64,000 bases of DNA from Dehalococcoidia bacterium (GTDB taxonomy: Bacteria; Chloroflexota; Dehalococcoidia; UBA2979). The notes beneath the pieces are model-generated. The model was given only the letters and a program-made list of their open reading frames with translations. It searched no databases and had not been told where the DNA came from. Location of the stretch: positions 544,001-608,000 of the forward strand of contig OZ219872.1 in assembly GCA_964291495.2 (NCBI GenBank), given 5' to 3'. The position numbers and the translations under genes were made by a program. The stretch's first letter is position 1, and each line of letters begins with the position of its first letter. Positions 38,345 through 48,242 of this stretch are shown here, piece by piece.

Positions 38345-39133
38345 GTGGCCCTCCCCCAGTTGATCGAGCGCTACGAGGCGCGCGATAGCGCGATCCACCG
38401 CTGCGACGCGCGCCTCAAGCTGCTCGCGGCGCTCGCCTGCATCTTCGCTGTCACGCTGACCCGAGAGGGCGACGCGCTCGCCCTCGCGCTGCTCGCGCTG
38501 CCGACCGTGGCGATCGTCGCCGCGGCGAAGCTGCCGCCCCTGCTGGTGCTGCGGCGCTCGCTGATCGCCGCGCCGTTCCTGCTCGTCGCCGTGCCGCTGC
38601 TCTTCACCCGCGCCGGCGAGACGATCGCGACGCTGCCGCTACTCGGCTGGTCGATCAGCGACGAGGGCGCCGTCGCGGTGCTCACGATCCTCGCGAAGTC
38701 CTGGTTATCCGTGGTGGTCGCCGTCGTACTGACGGCGACCACGCAGCAACCCGACCTGCTGCGCGCGCTCCGCGCGCTGCGCGTCCCGAGGCTGCTCGTC
38801 GCGACCGTCGAGTTCGCCTACCGCTACCTCTTCGTCGTCGCCGCCGAGGCTGCGCGGATGCTGCAGGCGCGGGCGAGCCGCAGCAGCGCCCTCGAAGGCC
38901 GGCGCGCGGGCGGAAGCCTGCGCTGGAGGGCGCGCGTCGCCGGGCACCTCGTGGGGACGCTGTTCGTGCGCTCGCTGGAGCGCAGCGAGCGCGTGCATGC
39001 GGCGATGCGCGCGCGCGGCTACGACGGCGAGCCGCGCTACCTCGCCGCGCCGCCGCTGCACTTCGCCGGGGTCGCCGTAGCCGCGGCGCTCGCGCTCTAC
39101 GGCTACGCCGTGCAGGTGGCGGTGCGGCTATGA
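38345..39133 (+). CDS. cbiQ: ECF T component CbiQ
   Basis: HRCDARLK, YRYLFV, ERSERVHAAMRARG. Confidence 0.92.
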   Translation: MALPQLIERYEARDSAIHRCDARLKLLAALACIFAVTLTREGDALALALLALPTVAIVAAAKLPPLLVLRRSLIAAPFLLVAVPLLFTRAGETIATLPLLGWSISDEGAVAVLTILAKSWLSVVVAVVLTATTQQPDLLRALRALRVPRLLVATVEFAYRYLFVVAAEAARMLQARASRSSALEGRRAGGSLRWRARVAGHLVGTLFVRSLERSERVHAAMRARGYDGEPRYLAAPPLHFAGVAVAAALALYGYAVQVAVRL

Positions 39134-39867
39134 CGCCCGCAGCGCCGGACCTCGCGCTGCGCGACGTGTCCTACGCCTACCCCGACGGCACGCCCGGCCT
39201 CGACGGGATCGACCTCGAGATCGCAGCCGGCGAGCGGGTGGCGCTGCTCGGGCCGAACGGCGCGGGCAAGTCGACGCTGCTGCTGCAGCTCAACGGGCTG
39301 CTGCGCGGCGAGGGTGTGATCGAGGTACGCGGGCGGCGGCTCGAGGACTCGAGCCTCGCGGCGATCCGCGCGGAGGTCGGGCTGCTCTTCTCCAACCCGG
39401 ACGACCAGCTCTTCTCGCCGACCGTGCTCGACGACGTCGCCTACGGACCGCTGCACCAGGGGCTGGTCGAGAACGAGGTGCTGCGGCGGGCGCGGACCGC
39501 GCTCGCCGAGGTGGGGATGAGCGGCTACGAGTCGCGCACCCCGCACCGCCTCAGCCTCGGCGAGCAGAAGCGCGTCGCGATCGCCTCGGTGCTCTCGATG
39601 CGGCCCTCGATCCTCGCGCTGGACGAGCCGGCGATCGCGCTCGCCCCCGCCGCCCGCGAGGAGCTGATCGAGCTGCTGCGCGGCCTGCCGCAGACGCAAC
39701 TGATCGCGACGCACGACCTTGGCCTCGCGCGTGAGCTGGCGACGCGCGCCGTCGTGCTCGACGCCGGGCGCATCGTTGCCGATGGCCCGGCGGCCGCGAT
39801 TCTCGGCGACGCGCCGCTGCTGCGCGCGCACGGCCTGGCGACGGACGGCGTGCCCTCGGAGGCGTGA
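39130..39867 (+). CDS. cbiO: ECF ATPase CbiO
   Basis: GPNGAGKST, NPDDQLF, LSLGEQKR, LDEP. Confidence 0.93.
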   Translation: MTPAAPDLALRDVSYAYPDGTPGLDGIDLEIAAGERVALLGPNGAGKSTLLLQLNGLLRGEGVIEVRGRRLEDSSLAAIRAEVGLLFSNPDDQLFSPTVLDDVAYGPLHQGLVENEVLRRARTALAEVGMSGYESRTPHRLSLGEQKRVAIASVLSMRPSILALDEPAIALAPAAREELIELLRGLPQTQLIATHDLGLARELATRAVVLDAGRIVADGPAAAILGDAPLLRAHGLATDGVPSEA

Positions 39868-39877
39868 CGGGCGGCGC

Positions 39878-40123
39878 TCAGGCGCTCGCGCCGTCCGAGC
39901 GGTTACGGCTGCCGAAGTAGAAGCCGGTCACTGTCCCCGCCTCGAGCGCGAGCGCGCCGAGCAGCCCGATCGCCGCCTCGATGCGCCCGATCTGCAGCAG
40001 CCAGGCGGCCGCCGCCGCGTGTGTCGCCGCGAACGAGCCGACGATCCCCATCGCCAGGTAGGCGCGCACGCTGCCTGCCGGCTTCCCCAGCGGCGCCCGC
40101 TCGCCCAGGTCCATCACCGCCAT
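39878..40123 (-). CDS. Small 2-TM hypothetical protein
   Basis: PLGKPAGSVRAYLA..., GFYFGSR C-terminus. Confidence 0.6.
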   Translation of the reverse strand: MAVMDLGERAPLGKPAGSVRAYLAMGIVGSFAATHAAAAAWLLQIGRIEAAIGLLGALALEAGTVTGFYFGSRNRSDGASA

Positions 40124-40268
40124 CGCGCACCGTCCCTTCACGCCTCGCCACTTGCGAGGGGCGCACAGCGTGGCGGGACGCCGTCGCGCCTCCAACGCCC
40201 GGATGGCGCTCGGCGGGTGGCGAGGTGGCGAGTGGACAGGCCGCCGCGGCGGCGGGTTCAATGCGATC

Positions 40269-40343
40269 GGGCCCGTAGCTCAGCGGTAGAGCAGTGGACT
40301 TTTAATCCATCGGTCGGAGGTTCGATCCCTCCCGGGCCTACCA
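40269..40343 (+). tRNA. tRNA-Lys (UUU)
   Basis: GGGCCCG acceptor stem, TAGCTCAG D arm, GTGGA-CTTTTAA-TCCAT anticodon arm, GGTTCGATCC T arm, encoded CCA. Confidence 0.96.
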
Positions 40344-40383
40344 AACCGTGCACCACACTGGGAACCGGGTCGGGCAGGCTGCG

Positions 40384-41661
40384 ATGAGCGACCTTCCCAG
40401 AGAGACGCGAACGTTCCGCGGCATCCCGCTCCCGGTGATCGCGGTGGGGCTCGCCGTCGGGGCAACCCTGCTCGGCGATTCGATGCTCTATGCCGTGATG
40501 CCCTCGCGGCCCGAGGCCTGGGCGCTCTCCGTACCAGCGGTCGGCATCCTGCTCTCCGTCAACCGGCTGGTGCGGCTCGTCACCAACTCGGTGGCGGCCT
40601 GGATCATCGAGCGGTTCGGCCAGCGTGTCCCGTTCGTCGCGGCGTTGCTGCTCGCCGTGGCGGTCACGCTCTGCTACGGCTGGGCCACGGCGTTTCTCGT
40701 GCTCCTGGTGGCGAGGATGGGCTGGGGACTGTGCTGGTCGACCCTGCGCCTCGGCGCCTTCTGGACCGTTCTCTCGGAGGCGAGCGACGCCAACCGCGGG
40801 CTGCTGTTGGGTTCCTACCAGGCAATCGTTCGCATGGGATCGGTGGCCGGCGCCCTAGTCGGCGCGGCCCTCACCGACACCTTTGGACACCGGCCGACCC
40901 TGACGCTGTTCGCCGCAGTGATGGCGGCTACGGCGGCCATCTGGGTGCTCTCCAACCGTCGCCGGGCGACGGGCGGGGAGGCGCCGAGGCCGCGCGCCGG
41001 CGGCGGTGACCTGCGCGCCGTGCTCGGGGACCGGCGCCTGCTCGTCACGGGCGGCGGAATCCTGATCACCGGGCTCGTCTTTTCCGGACTCATCACGGCC
41101 TCGCTCGGCTTCTACCTGAGCGCGCACTTCGGCCAGCAGATCGCGATCCTCGGCATTGCGCTCGGCGTGACGAGCGCCACCGGCATCATGCTCGGGGTCC
41201 AGTGGAGCCTGGGCCTGCCACTGGCGCCCGTGCTGGGCCACCTCTCCGACCGCTTCGGGCGCATCCCGCTGATCAGCGGCGGCTTCGCCGTGGGCGCCGC
41301 GGGGTTGCTCGCCCTCGCCGTCACGCAGTCGATCTGGCTGATGCTGCCCGCTGTACTCGCGGCCTTCGTCGGCTCGACGGCCCTCACGGTGACGCTCACC
41401 GCGACGGCCGGGGACCTCGCCCCGCCGGAGCGGCGCAGCGCGGTCGTCAGCAGCTACGCCACCTTCGCCGACCTGGGCAGCGCGCTCGGCCCGCTGATCG
41501 GGCTCTCATTCGCCAGCCTCGCCACGCTGCGCGGACTCTACGGCGCGGCGGCGCTGCTGCTGCTTGTTGCGGCGCTGGTCTTCCGGGCGGCGTTTCGCGG
41601 CGGGCGACCGCGAGAGACGGTCGCCGAAGCGGGCGACGCGCGCTCGCTACGCCGCGGCTGA
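40384..41661 (+). CDS. MFS transporter
   Basis: About 12 TM; LLGDSMLY, GHLSDRFGR. Confidence 0.92.
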   Translation: MSDLPRETRTFRGIPLPVIAVGLAVGATLLGDSMLYAVMPSRPEAWALSVPAVGILLSVNRLVRLVTNSVAAWIIERFGQRVPFVAALLLAVAVTLCYGWATAFLVLLVARMGWGLCWSTLRLGAFWTVLSEASDANRGLLLGSYQAIVRMGSVAGALVGAALTDTFGHRPTLTLFAAVMAATAAIWVLSNRRRATGGEAPRPRAGGGDLRAVLGDRRLLVTGGGILITGLVFSGLITASLGFYLSAHFGQQIAILGIALGVTSATGIMLGVQWSLGLPLAPVLGHLSDRFGRIPLISGGFAVGAAGLLALAVTQSIWLMLPAVLAAFVGSTALTVTLTATAGDLAPPERRSAVVSSYATFADLGSALGPLIGLSFASLATLRGLYGAAALLLLVAALVFRAAFRGGRPRETVAEAGDARSLRRG

Positions 41662-42510
41662 CCCGCCCGGGGACCAGCCGTAGATGCGCTCGAGGCTGCC
41701 GCCCATCAGCGCCGCGCGCTCGCTGTCGGAGAGCTGGTCGGTGACGCGGAACGCCTCGACGCCCTGCTCGTAGGTGAGCAGGTTGACGGCCCGCGTCCAG
41801 TCGGTGCCCCACAGGCAGCGATCGAACCCGAACGCCTCGAAGACCCGGCTCAGCGGTTGCCAGATGTCGGGGTACGGGAACGGCTCGTGCGCCAGCGTGC
41901 AGGCGCCGGAGACCTTGATCGCGACGTGGTCGAACTCGGCCAGCGTCAGCACCTCATCGAGCTCGGCCCACGGCTCGTCGGGGGGCGGCGGCTCGTGCGG
42001 CTGCGTCAGGCCGAGGTGATCGATGATCAGCTGCGTGTTCGGGTGCCGCCGCGCGATTTCGCGGAAGAGCGGCACCTTGCTGGTGCAGAGCACGTTGACG
42101 GGAATGCCCGCCGCCGCGCCTGCCTCCATCACCGCATCGAGGCCGGGATGGTCGCCCTCGATCTCCACGTACCTGAGCACGATCCGCGCGCCGACCACGC
42201 CGGGGTTGGCGGCCCACTCCTCGACCTCCGCCCCGACCGTCTCCGAGAGGGGGTCGAAGGGCCTGATCAGCCCAAACCGGTCGGGATACTTGGCCCCCAT
42301 CGCCAGCGCGTAGCTCCCGTCGTAGCCGTAGATGCGATAGGGCGAGATCAGCAGGGCGCCGTCGACGCCCACCTCGTCCATCGCCTCGACCATCTGCTCA
42401 CCGGTGACCTCCGGGGGCCCCGTCAGCTCGCCTACCCAGGGGTTCTCGGGAGTGTTTGCCTCGTAGGCATGCACCTGGCAGTCGATGATCGGCGTGCTGT
42501 TGTTCGGCAT
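41647..42510 (-). CDS. Amidohydrolase 2 family protein
   Basis: IDCQVH, IIDHLG, WGTDWT. Confidence 0.9.
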   Translation of the reverse strand: MPNNSTPIIDCQVHAYEANTPENPWVGELTGPPEVTGEQMVEAMDEVGVDGALLISPYRIYGYDGSYALAMGAKYPDRFGLIRPFDPLSETVGAEVEEWAANPGVVGARIVLRYVEIEGDHPGLDAVMEAGAAAGIPVNVLCTSKVPLFREIARRHPNTQLIIDHLGLTQPHEPPPPDEPWAELDEVLTLAEFDHVAIKVSGACTLAHEPFPYPDIWQPLSRVFEAFGFDRCLWGTDWTRAVNLLTYEQGVEAFRVTDQLSDSERAALMGGSLERIYGWSPGGSAAA

Positions 42511-42627
42511 GGTCGGTCCGCCTCACTCCCCCTGGCTGCGTCTCGCGGCCCTACGGTACCGCGCGGAGGATGCCGCGTGCACGGGCGCACCGCCGCAGGC
42601 GCTACAGTGGCGGCCGGGAGGTGCGGC

Positions 42628-43443
42628 ATGGCGTTTCAGATGGACCCGGAGCAACTTGGACTCGTCGACGAGGTGGCGCTCGTCACCGGAGGCGCGCGCG
42701 GCATCGGCAAGGGCTGCGCGCTCCAGCTCGCCCGCGCCGGCTGCCACATCGCCATCGCCGACCTCGACGACGAGACCGCCAGCGCGACCGCGAAGGAGAT
42801 CGAGGCGCTCGGCCGCCAGGCCGAGGTCGTCGTCGCCAACGTGCGCGAGGAGGATCAGGTCAACGCAATGGTCGAGGAGGTCGTCTCACGCCTCGGCGGG
42901 CTCGACGTGGCCGTCAACAACGTCGGCAACCCGACGGGGATGCGGCCGTTCCTCGACTACTCGACCGAGCTGTGGCACGACATCGTCGACCAGAACCTGA
43001 CGAGCTCCTACCTCTGCTCCCAGGCCGAGGCGCGGAGCATGGTTGAGCGCGGGATCGCAGGACGGATCGTGACGATCGCCTCCTCGAGCGGCATCGTCGG
43101 CGCGCCGAACATCGTCGCCTACGGTGCGGCGAAGGCGGGCGTGATCCACATGACCAAGACGCTCGCGATGGAACTCGCGCCGCACGGCATCCGCGTCAAC
43201 TGCATCGTGCCCGGCACGCACCTGACCGAGAAGGCGGCGGCCAACACCGACCCGGCGACGGTCGCGTTCCGCGAGGCGGCCGCGAAGGCCCCGCCGCTCG
43301 CCCGCCTCGGCGACCCGCTGGAGACGGGCGGCCTCGCGGTCTTCTTCGCCTCGCGGCTCTCCGCCTACGTGACCGGGCACAGCCTGCTCTCCGACGGCGG
43401 CGTCACGCACACCACGGCGCGCCCGGCGGTGCCGCCGCGGTAG
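42628..43443 (+). CDS. SDR family oxidoreductase
   Basis: TGGARGIG, NNVG, YGAAK. Confidence 0.92.
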   Translation: MAFQMDPEQLGLVDEVALVTGGARGIGKGCALQLARAGCHIAIADLDDETASATAKEIEALGRQAEVVVANVREEDQVNAMVEEVVSRLGGLDVAVNNVGNPTGMRPFLDYSTELWHDIVDQNLTSSYLCSQAEARSMVERGIAGRIVTIASSSGIVGAPNIVAYGAAKAGVIHMTKTLAMELAPHGIRVNCIVPGTHLTEKAAANTDPATVAFREAAAKAPPLARLGDPLETGGLAVFFASRLSAYVTGHSLLSDGGVTHTTARPAVPPR

Positions 43444-43487
43444 CTCGCGGCGCTCCGGACGGGCAGCGAGGAGGAGAGGAGCGCGAA

Positions 43488-44396
43488 ATGGCCGAGCTTG
43501 ACGGGCGCGTCGCCCTGATCACGGGAGCGAGCCGGGGGATCGGGCAGGCGATCGCGGTGCGCATGGCCGCCGAGGGCGCGCGCGTCGCCCTGATCGGCCG
43601 CGACGAGGCGACGCGGCGCACGGACCTCTCCGGGACACTCGAGGAGGGCCTCGCGCTCATCGACGAGATCGGCGGCGAGGCAATCGCCGTGCGCGCCGAC
43701 ATCGCCGACACGGAGGCGGACAAGAGCGCGGTCGTCGAGGAGGTCGTGGCGGCCTTCGGGCGCTCGCCGGACATCCTCGTGCACAGCGCCGCCGCGCCGC
43801 GCGAGTTCCGAATGGACTGGCACATCCCGTTCGCCGAGACGGAGGCCGAGTGGTTCGTGCGCGGCGTGCTGGTCAACGTCTGGGGCGGCTGGGATCTGGC
43901 GAAGGCCGTCATCCCCGGGATGCGCGAGCGCGGCGAGGGCTGGATCCTCTTCGTCTCCTCGCAGCAGGCGGCGCCGCGCCCGAGCCCGGTGGGCGGCGGC
44001 CCGGCCAGCCCGATGGGCGGCTCCTGCATCTACGGCGGCACGAAGGCGTTCATCGACCGCGTGTGCAGCGGCGCGGCGATGGAGCTCTACGTGGACGGCA
44101 TCGCCGTCAACAGCCTCGCGCCGACCGGCGCGATCGCGACGCCGCTCTCGATCTCGGTCGGCGTGCCGCCGGAGGGCACGGAGCCGATGGAGACCTTCGT
44201 CGAGGCCTCGTTGGCGCTCTGCACGGGCGACCCGGCGGTGCTGACGAGCCGCATCGTGAACACCCTCCCGCTACTGCACGAGCTGCAGCGGCCGGTGCGC
44301 ATGGTCGACGGCTCAGCGCTGTTCGAGGGCTGGCAGCCGGACCATGACGACGAGCGCCGCTTCCACCGCAACTACCTCGCGGCGACGGGCCACTGA
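43488..44396 (+). CDS. SDR family oxidoreductase
   Basis: TGASRGIG, YGGTK. Confidence 0.9.
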   Translation: MAELDGRVALITGASRGIGQAIAVRMAAEGARVALIGRDEATRRTDLSGTLEEGLALIDEIGGEAIAVRADIADTEADKSAVVEEVVAAFGRSPDILVHSAAAPREFRMDWHIPFAETEAEWFVRGVLVNVWGGWDLAKAVIPGMRERGEGWILFVSSQQAAPRPSPVGGGPASPMGGSCIYGGTKAFIDRVCSGAAMELYVDGIAVNSLAPTGAIATPLSISVGVPPEGTEPMETFVEASLALCTGDPAVLTSRIVNTLPLLHELQRPVRMVDGSALFEGWQPDHDDERRFHRNYLAATGH

Positions 44397-44409
44397 CGCG
44401 CGAGCGGTC

Positions 44410-45747
44410 CTAGTCGGGGTTGGCGCCCCAGACGATCCAGTCGGAGTGGTAGAGCGGCAGCGGGCCGCCTGAGACTCCGATCTCGGCGGGAATCCTGATC
44501 TGCCGGTCGCCGGCCCGCCCCTGGATCTGCTGGATCGAGTCCGTGTGCATCCAGAAGCGGGTGCGCCCGCTGCCGACGTTGCCGCCGCTCGGCGAAACCG
44601 GGTGGGGGCCCTCGATGCTGATGTCCTCCTGGAAGAGGTCGAGGCCCTCGCCCTCTTTCACGCCGGCGAAGCCGAGGCCCTCCATGTGAAAGACGTGGAA
44701 GAGGCTGAACCCGTCGTACATGTTCTCGAAGCTCAGGTCGCTCGCATGGATCCCGGCGCCCTCGAGGAGCTTGCGCCCGGTGCTCGCGCAGGACCGCTGT
44801 GCCTCCTCGAGGGTCTGGTTCAGCCCGCGCTGGATCGTGCGGTCGGCGGCGTGGTTGAGGATGTAGGCAGGCTTCTGCTTCATGTCCCTCGCACGCTCGG
44901 CCGTGGTCAGCAGGTAGGCCGCCGCCGTGTGGATCGGGATGTCGTTGTCGAAGAGGTTGGCCGGCTTGGCGATCCAGCGCGATTCGAGGTAGTCCTCCTC
45001 GGTGAGCTCCTCGGGGCGGTGCTGGTACCAGTAGCCCTCGGGGAACATCAGGCCGTTGCGCCTCGAGTTGACCATGAAGGGCGTCATCATCTCCTTGGTC
45101 TTGCCGTACTTCCACAGGTAGCGCTGGAACTGCTGGGCCGTGCCCCAGGAGTTCGCCGAACCGTAAGGGTTGGACCACTTCGGGTTGCCGGAGATCGTCT
45201 CCTCGGCGTTTGCGCCGCCGTGGCTGTAGCGGCCCTCGAGGTTGTGCCAGGCCTTGAGCACCAGGCAGTTGCTGGTCATCCCGTCGCCGACGGCCTGCGC
45301 GGCGATCGCGATCGCGTTGGACATGCAGTCCATCCCCGCCATGACGAACTTGACGTTCGTCAGCTCCGGCAGGTTCTTGAGCAGCCACGTGTCGGTGAGC
45401 TTGGCGATGCCGTCGAGGGGATCGTCGGTGGTCTGGTAGGCGTTGACGATGTCCATCGGGATCGGCCGGTCGTCCGGCCAGTGCGCGCCGGTCGTGGTCG
45501 TCGGCAGGAAGACGAGACCGTCGATCTCCTCCGGCGGCACGCCGGCGTCATCGATCGCCTTGCGCAGCGCTTGCAGCGCCCAGGCGCCAATCGTGTTCTC
45601 GGCGGTGCCGTCCCAACGGCGGGCCGTCGGCGAGTGGCCGATGCCGACCGCCGCGACCTTGCCCTTGTGCTCCCAGACTCCCAGTCCTTCCTGGCTGCGG
45701 AAGATCGATTCGGGCGCGGTGCTACCGAGACGGTTGGGCGTGGGCAT
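44410..45747 (-). CDS. Thiolase-like (SCP-x/Ltp2-type) protein
   Basis: MYDGFS, PSGGNVGSGR; paired with a DUF35 gene. Confidence 0.85.
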   Translation of the reverse strand: MPTPNRLGSTAPESIFRSQEGLGVWEHKGKVAAVGIGHSPTARRWDGTAENTIGAWALQALRKAIDDAGVPPEEIDGLVFLPTTTTGAHWPDDRPIPMDIVNAYQTTDDPLDGIAKLTDTWLLKNLPELTNVKFVMAGMDCMSNAIAIAAQAVGDGMTSNCLVLKAWHNLEGRYSHGGANAEETISGNPKWSNPYGSANSWGTAQQFQRYLWKYGKTKEMMTPFMVNSRRNGLMFPEGYWYQHRPEELTEEDYLESRWIAKPANLFDNDIPIHTAAAYLLTTAERARDMKQKPAYILNHAADRTIQRGLNQTLEEAQRSCASTGRKLLEGAGIHASDLSFENMYDGFSLFHVFHMEGLGFAGVKEGEGLDLFQEDISIEGPHPVSPSGGNVGSGRTRFWMHTDSIQQIQGRAGDRQIRIPAEIGVSGGPLPLYHSDWIVWGANPD

Positions 45748-45791
45748 CAGCTATTCCTTTCGGCCTGCGTCGCGTCGTGTCGGGGAGGCTG

Positions 45792-46205
45792 TTACTCGAC
45801 CATCTGCCACTCGGGGATCTTCTGGCCGGTGGCCTGCGTCTCCTCGAAGATCACCGTAACGGCGGCCCCGATCTGGACCTCGTCGAGCGGGATGCCGGGG
45901 AGGTTGGACACCAGCGTGATCTCGGGATCTTCCTCCAGTTCGATCACGGCGAGGTTGAACGGCTGGTCCGGGATGCGCAGCGCAACGGTGTTGTCGTAGA
46001 CCACGCCGTAGCTGTGGATCCGGCCGCGGCCGCTCATCTCGCGCCACTCGAGGTCGTCGGCGGAGCCGCAGCCGAAGCACTCCGGCTCCGGGGGATGCTG
46101 CAGCCGGTCGCAGGATGTGCAGTTCTGGATGACGAGCCGCCCCTCGTTGCAGGCGTCCCAGAAGGGCTGGTCGAGTTCGTCCGGTACGGGAGATTGTTTC
46201 GGCAT
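45792..46205 (-). CDS. DUF35 Zn-ribbon/OB-fold protein
   Basis: FWDACNEG, CxxC..CxxC, SGRGRIHSY. Confidence 0.9.
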   Translation of the reverse strand: MPKQSPVPDELDQPFWDACNEGRLVIQNCTSCDRLQHPPEPECFGCGSADDLEWREMSGRGRIHSYGVVYDNTVALRIPDQPFNLAVIELEEDPEITLVSNLPGIPLDEVQIGAAVTVIFEETQATGQKIPEWQMVE

Positions 46206-46347
46206 CCTCGCTCCTCGCGTTGTCGCGGAGCCGGCCGACCGGCCTCGCAGCGGGCCGAATGTTAGCAGCGATCACGCGTCGCGGCTCGCCACGGACGCGC
46301 CTGCGCAAGGGACGGCCCCCGGCAGCGGGCGAGCCACCGCGCCCTCT

Positions 46348-46381
46348 AATGTTGCGTTAGTCACCTGACTATGCCAACATT
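46348..46381. promoter_or_regulatory. 34-bp AT-rich palindrome, candidate operator of the sulfur cluster
   Basis: AATGTTGcgtTAGTCA-CC-TGACTAtgcCAACATT (13/16 arm match), ending 6 bp before the ATG. Confidence 0.65.
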
Positions 46382-46387
46382 TTTGCC

Positions 46388-47626
46388 ATGACCGCTCTCC
46401 CCGCCACCGTGCGCACGCTCGATCGCTCGACGGCTGGAGGGCTGCTCGCCCTCGTCGGCCTCGCGATCGTGTACCTGATCGCGCTGCAGACGGACGCGGC
46501 CTGGCCGGTGTTCTGGATCTCCGGCGTCGCCTTCGGCGCGATCTGCCAGCGCAGCCGCTTCTGCTTCGTCGCCGGCTTCCGCGACCTCTTCCTGATGCGC
46601 CAGGGCCGGATGCTGCGAGGCATCATCGCCGGCCTCGCCGTCGCCACCGCCGGCTTTGCGATGATCATGGCCACCGTCGTCCCCAACCCCGGCTCGGGCG
46701 TGCTGCCTTCCGACGCGCACATCCTGCCGCTCGGCATCGCGACGGTCCTCGGCGGGCTGCTCTTCGGCTTCGGCATGGTGCTCTCCGGCGGCTGCGTCAG
46801 CGGCTCGCTCTACCGCATGGGCGAGGGCTACATCGGCTCCTGGATCGCGATCGGTGGCGTGCTGCTGGGGCTCTACGCGATGGCTCGCACCTGGAACTGG
46901 TGGTGGGACAACCAGATCAGCAGCGACCGCATCTCCTGGCTGCCGACCGACCTCAGCTACACCGGCGCGATCGTGATCACGTTCCTGCTGCTCGGCGCAG
47001 CATTCGTTGCCGTCTCCTGGTGGGAGCGGCGAGCGCTGCGCGGCCTCCCCACGTTCACGATCCCCATCTCGAGCGCTGCGCCGGAAGCCACCGAGGACGA
47101 GAACACCCTCGGTTCACTCGCGCGGAAGGTCTTCCGCACCGAGTGGACGCCGCTGATCGGCGGGATCGCGCTGGCGGCGGTCAACATCCTGATCTTCATC
47201 CGTTACCGCCCGCTCGGCGTCGTCGGCGAGCTGTCACGCTGGTCCACGGACTTCGCGGCCAACATCGGCGCCGGGGTCGGCGAGCTGCAGGGCATCAGCG
47301 ACATTCCCGGCTGCGTCCCGCGCTTCGTCGAGGGCACGTGGTTCAGCGACGCCTTCATGCTGAACGCCGGGATCATCGCCGGGGCGTTCACGGCGGCGCT
47401 GCTGGCGAGGGAGTTCCGGCTGCGCGTGCCGCGCGGCCCGCGCCGCTACGTGCAGTCGCTCGCCGGCGGCGTGGTGATGGGCTACGGCGCGGGCCTGGGG
47501 CTCGGCTGCACGCTCGGCGCCTTCTTTTCCGCAATCCCGTCGCTCGCACTCAACGGCTGGGTCTACGCCATCGCGCTCGTCGTCGGCGCCTACGCGGGCA
47601 CCGCGTTCATCCGGAGGTTCCCGTGA
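46388..47626 (+). CDS. YeeE/YedE (TsuA-like) sulfur-compound transporter
   Basis: QRSRFCF, FGFGMVLSGGCVSG, GCTLGAFFS. Confidence 0.93.
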   Translation: MTALPATVRTLDRSTAGGLLALVGLAIVYLIALQTDAAWPVFWISGVAFGAICQRSRFCFVAGFRDLFLMRQGRMLRGIIAGLAVATAGFAMIMATVVPNPGSGVLPSDAHILPLGIATVLGGLLFGFGMVLSGGCVSGSLYRMGEGYIGSWIAIGGVLLGLYAMARTWNWWWDNQISSDRISWLPTDLSYTGAIVITFLLLGAAFVAVSWWERRALRGLPTFTIPISSAAPEATEDENTLGSLARKVFRTEWTPLIGGIALAAVNILIFIRYRPLGVVGELSRWSTDFAANIGAGVGELQGISDIPGCVPRFVEGTWFSDAFMLNAGIIAGAFTAALLAREFRLRVPRGPRRYVQSLAGGVVMGYGAGLGLGCTLGAFFSAIPSLALNGWVYAIALVVGAYAGTAFIRRFP

Positions 47627-47904
47627 GCGGCGCGGCTTCCGAGGTGCTGGACCTACGGGGCCGCCCGCCGGCCGAGCAGATGCAGAGCGCGCACGACGCC
47701 GTCGAGCGCGCCGCCGAGGGCGCGGCGCTGCGCATCGTCACCGACCTCGATGTGGTCGCCACCTACGTGCTGCCGGCGGCGGCCGAGCGCGGCGTGCGCT
47801 GCCGCGTCGAGCCGCCCTCGGACGGCGTACGCAAGATGAGCCTCTCGCCGGGCGAGCGCCCGGCTGCGGCAACCGAATCAGGGAACAGCTCCACCAGGGA
47901 GTAA
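47623..47904 (+). CDS. Degenerate TusA-like protein lacking the CPxP cysteine
   Basis: GTGA overlap with yeeE; EVLDLRGRPP..EGAALRIVTD pattern matches the TusA fold. Confidence 0.6.
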   Translation: MSGAASEVLDLRGRPPAEQMQSAHDAVERAAEGAALRIVTDLDVVATYVLPAAAERGVRCRVEPPSDGVRKMSLSPGERPAAATESGNSSTRE

Positions 47905-47916
47905 GGGGGTGACTCC

Positions 47917-48174
47917 ATGAGCGATGAGAACGACGCGCCGGTGCTGGACGTGCGCGGCGAGATCTGTCCGTACCCCATGCTGCGCACGAACCGGGAGCTC
48001 GACGACGTGCGTCCCGGGGTTCCGGAGCTGCGGGTCTGGACGGACCACCCGCCCGCGCTCTCGACGATCCCGCCCGAGGCGATGAAGCGCGGCTACGGGT
48101 GCGAGATCAGCGAACGGCGCCCCGGCGAGTGGGAGATCCACATCTTCAACGCCGAGGCGGCGGCAGCGGGCTAG
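47917..48174 (+). CDS. TusA/YeeD family sulfur carrier
   Basis: LDVRGEICPYP, WTDHPPA. Confidence 0.92.
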   Translation: MSDENDAPVLDVRGEICPYPMLRTNRELDDVRPGVPELRVWTDHPPALSTIPPEAMKRGYGCEISERRPGEWEIHIFNAEAAAAG

Positions 48175-48242
48175 CCATGCACGAATCCAACCGACCGGGC
48201 GGCGCTAGCCGCCCCGATGACCAACAGAAAGCGAGCGACACG

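Noticed and set aside
39878-40123. Holin-like small membrane protein (GFYFGS)
   Set aside because: No phage genes nearby; the motif alone is insufficient
40269-41661. tRNA-Lys as a genomic-island integration site
   Set aside because: No integrase, and no duplicated tRNA 3' end noticed in the window
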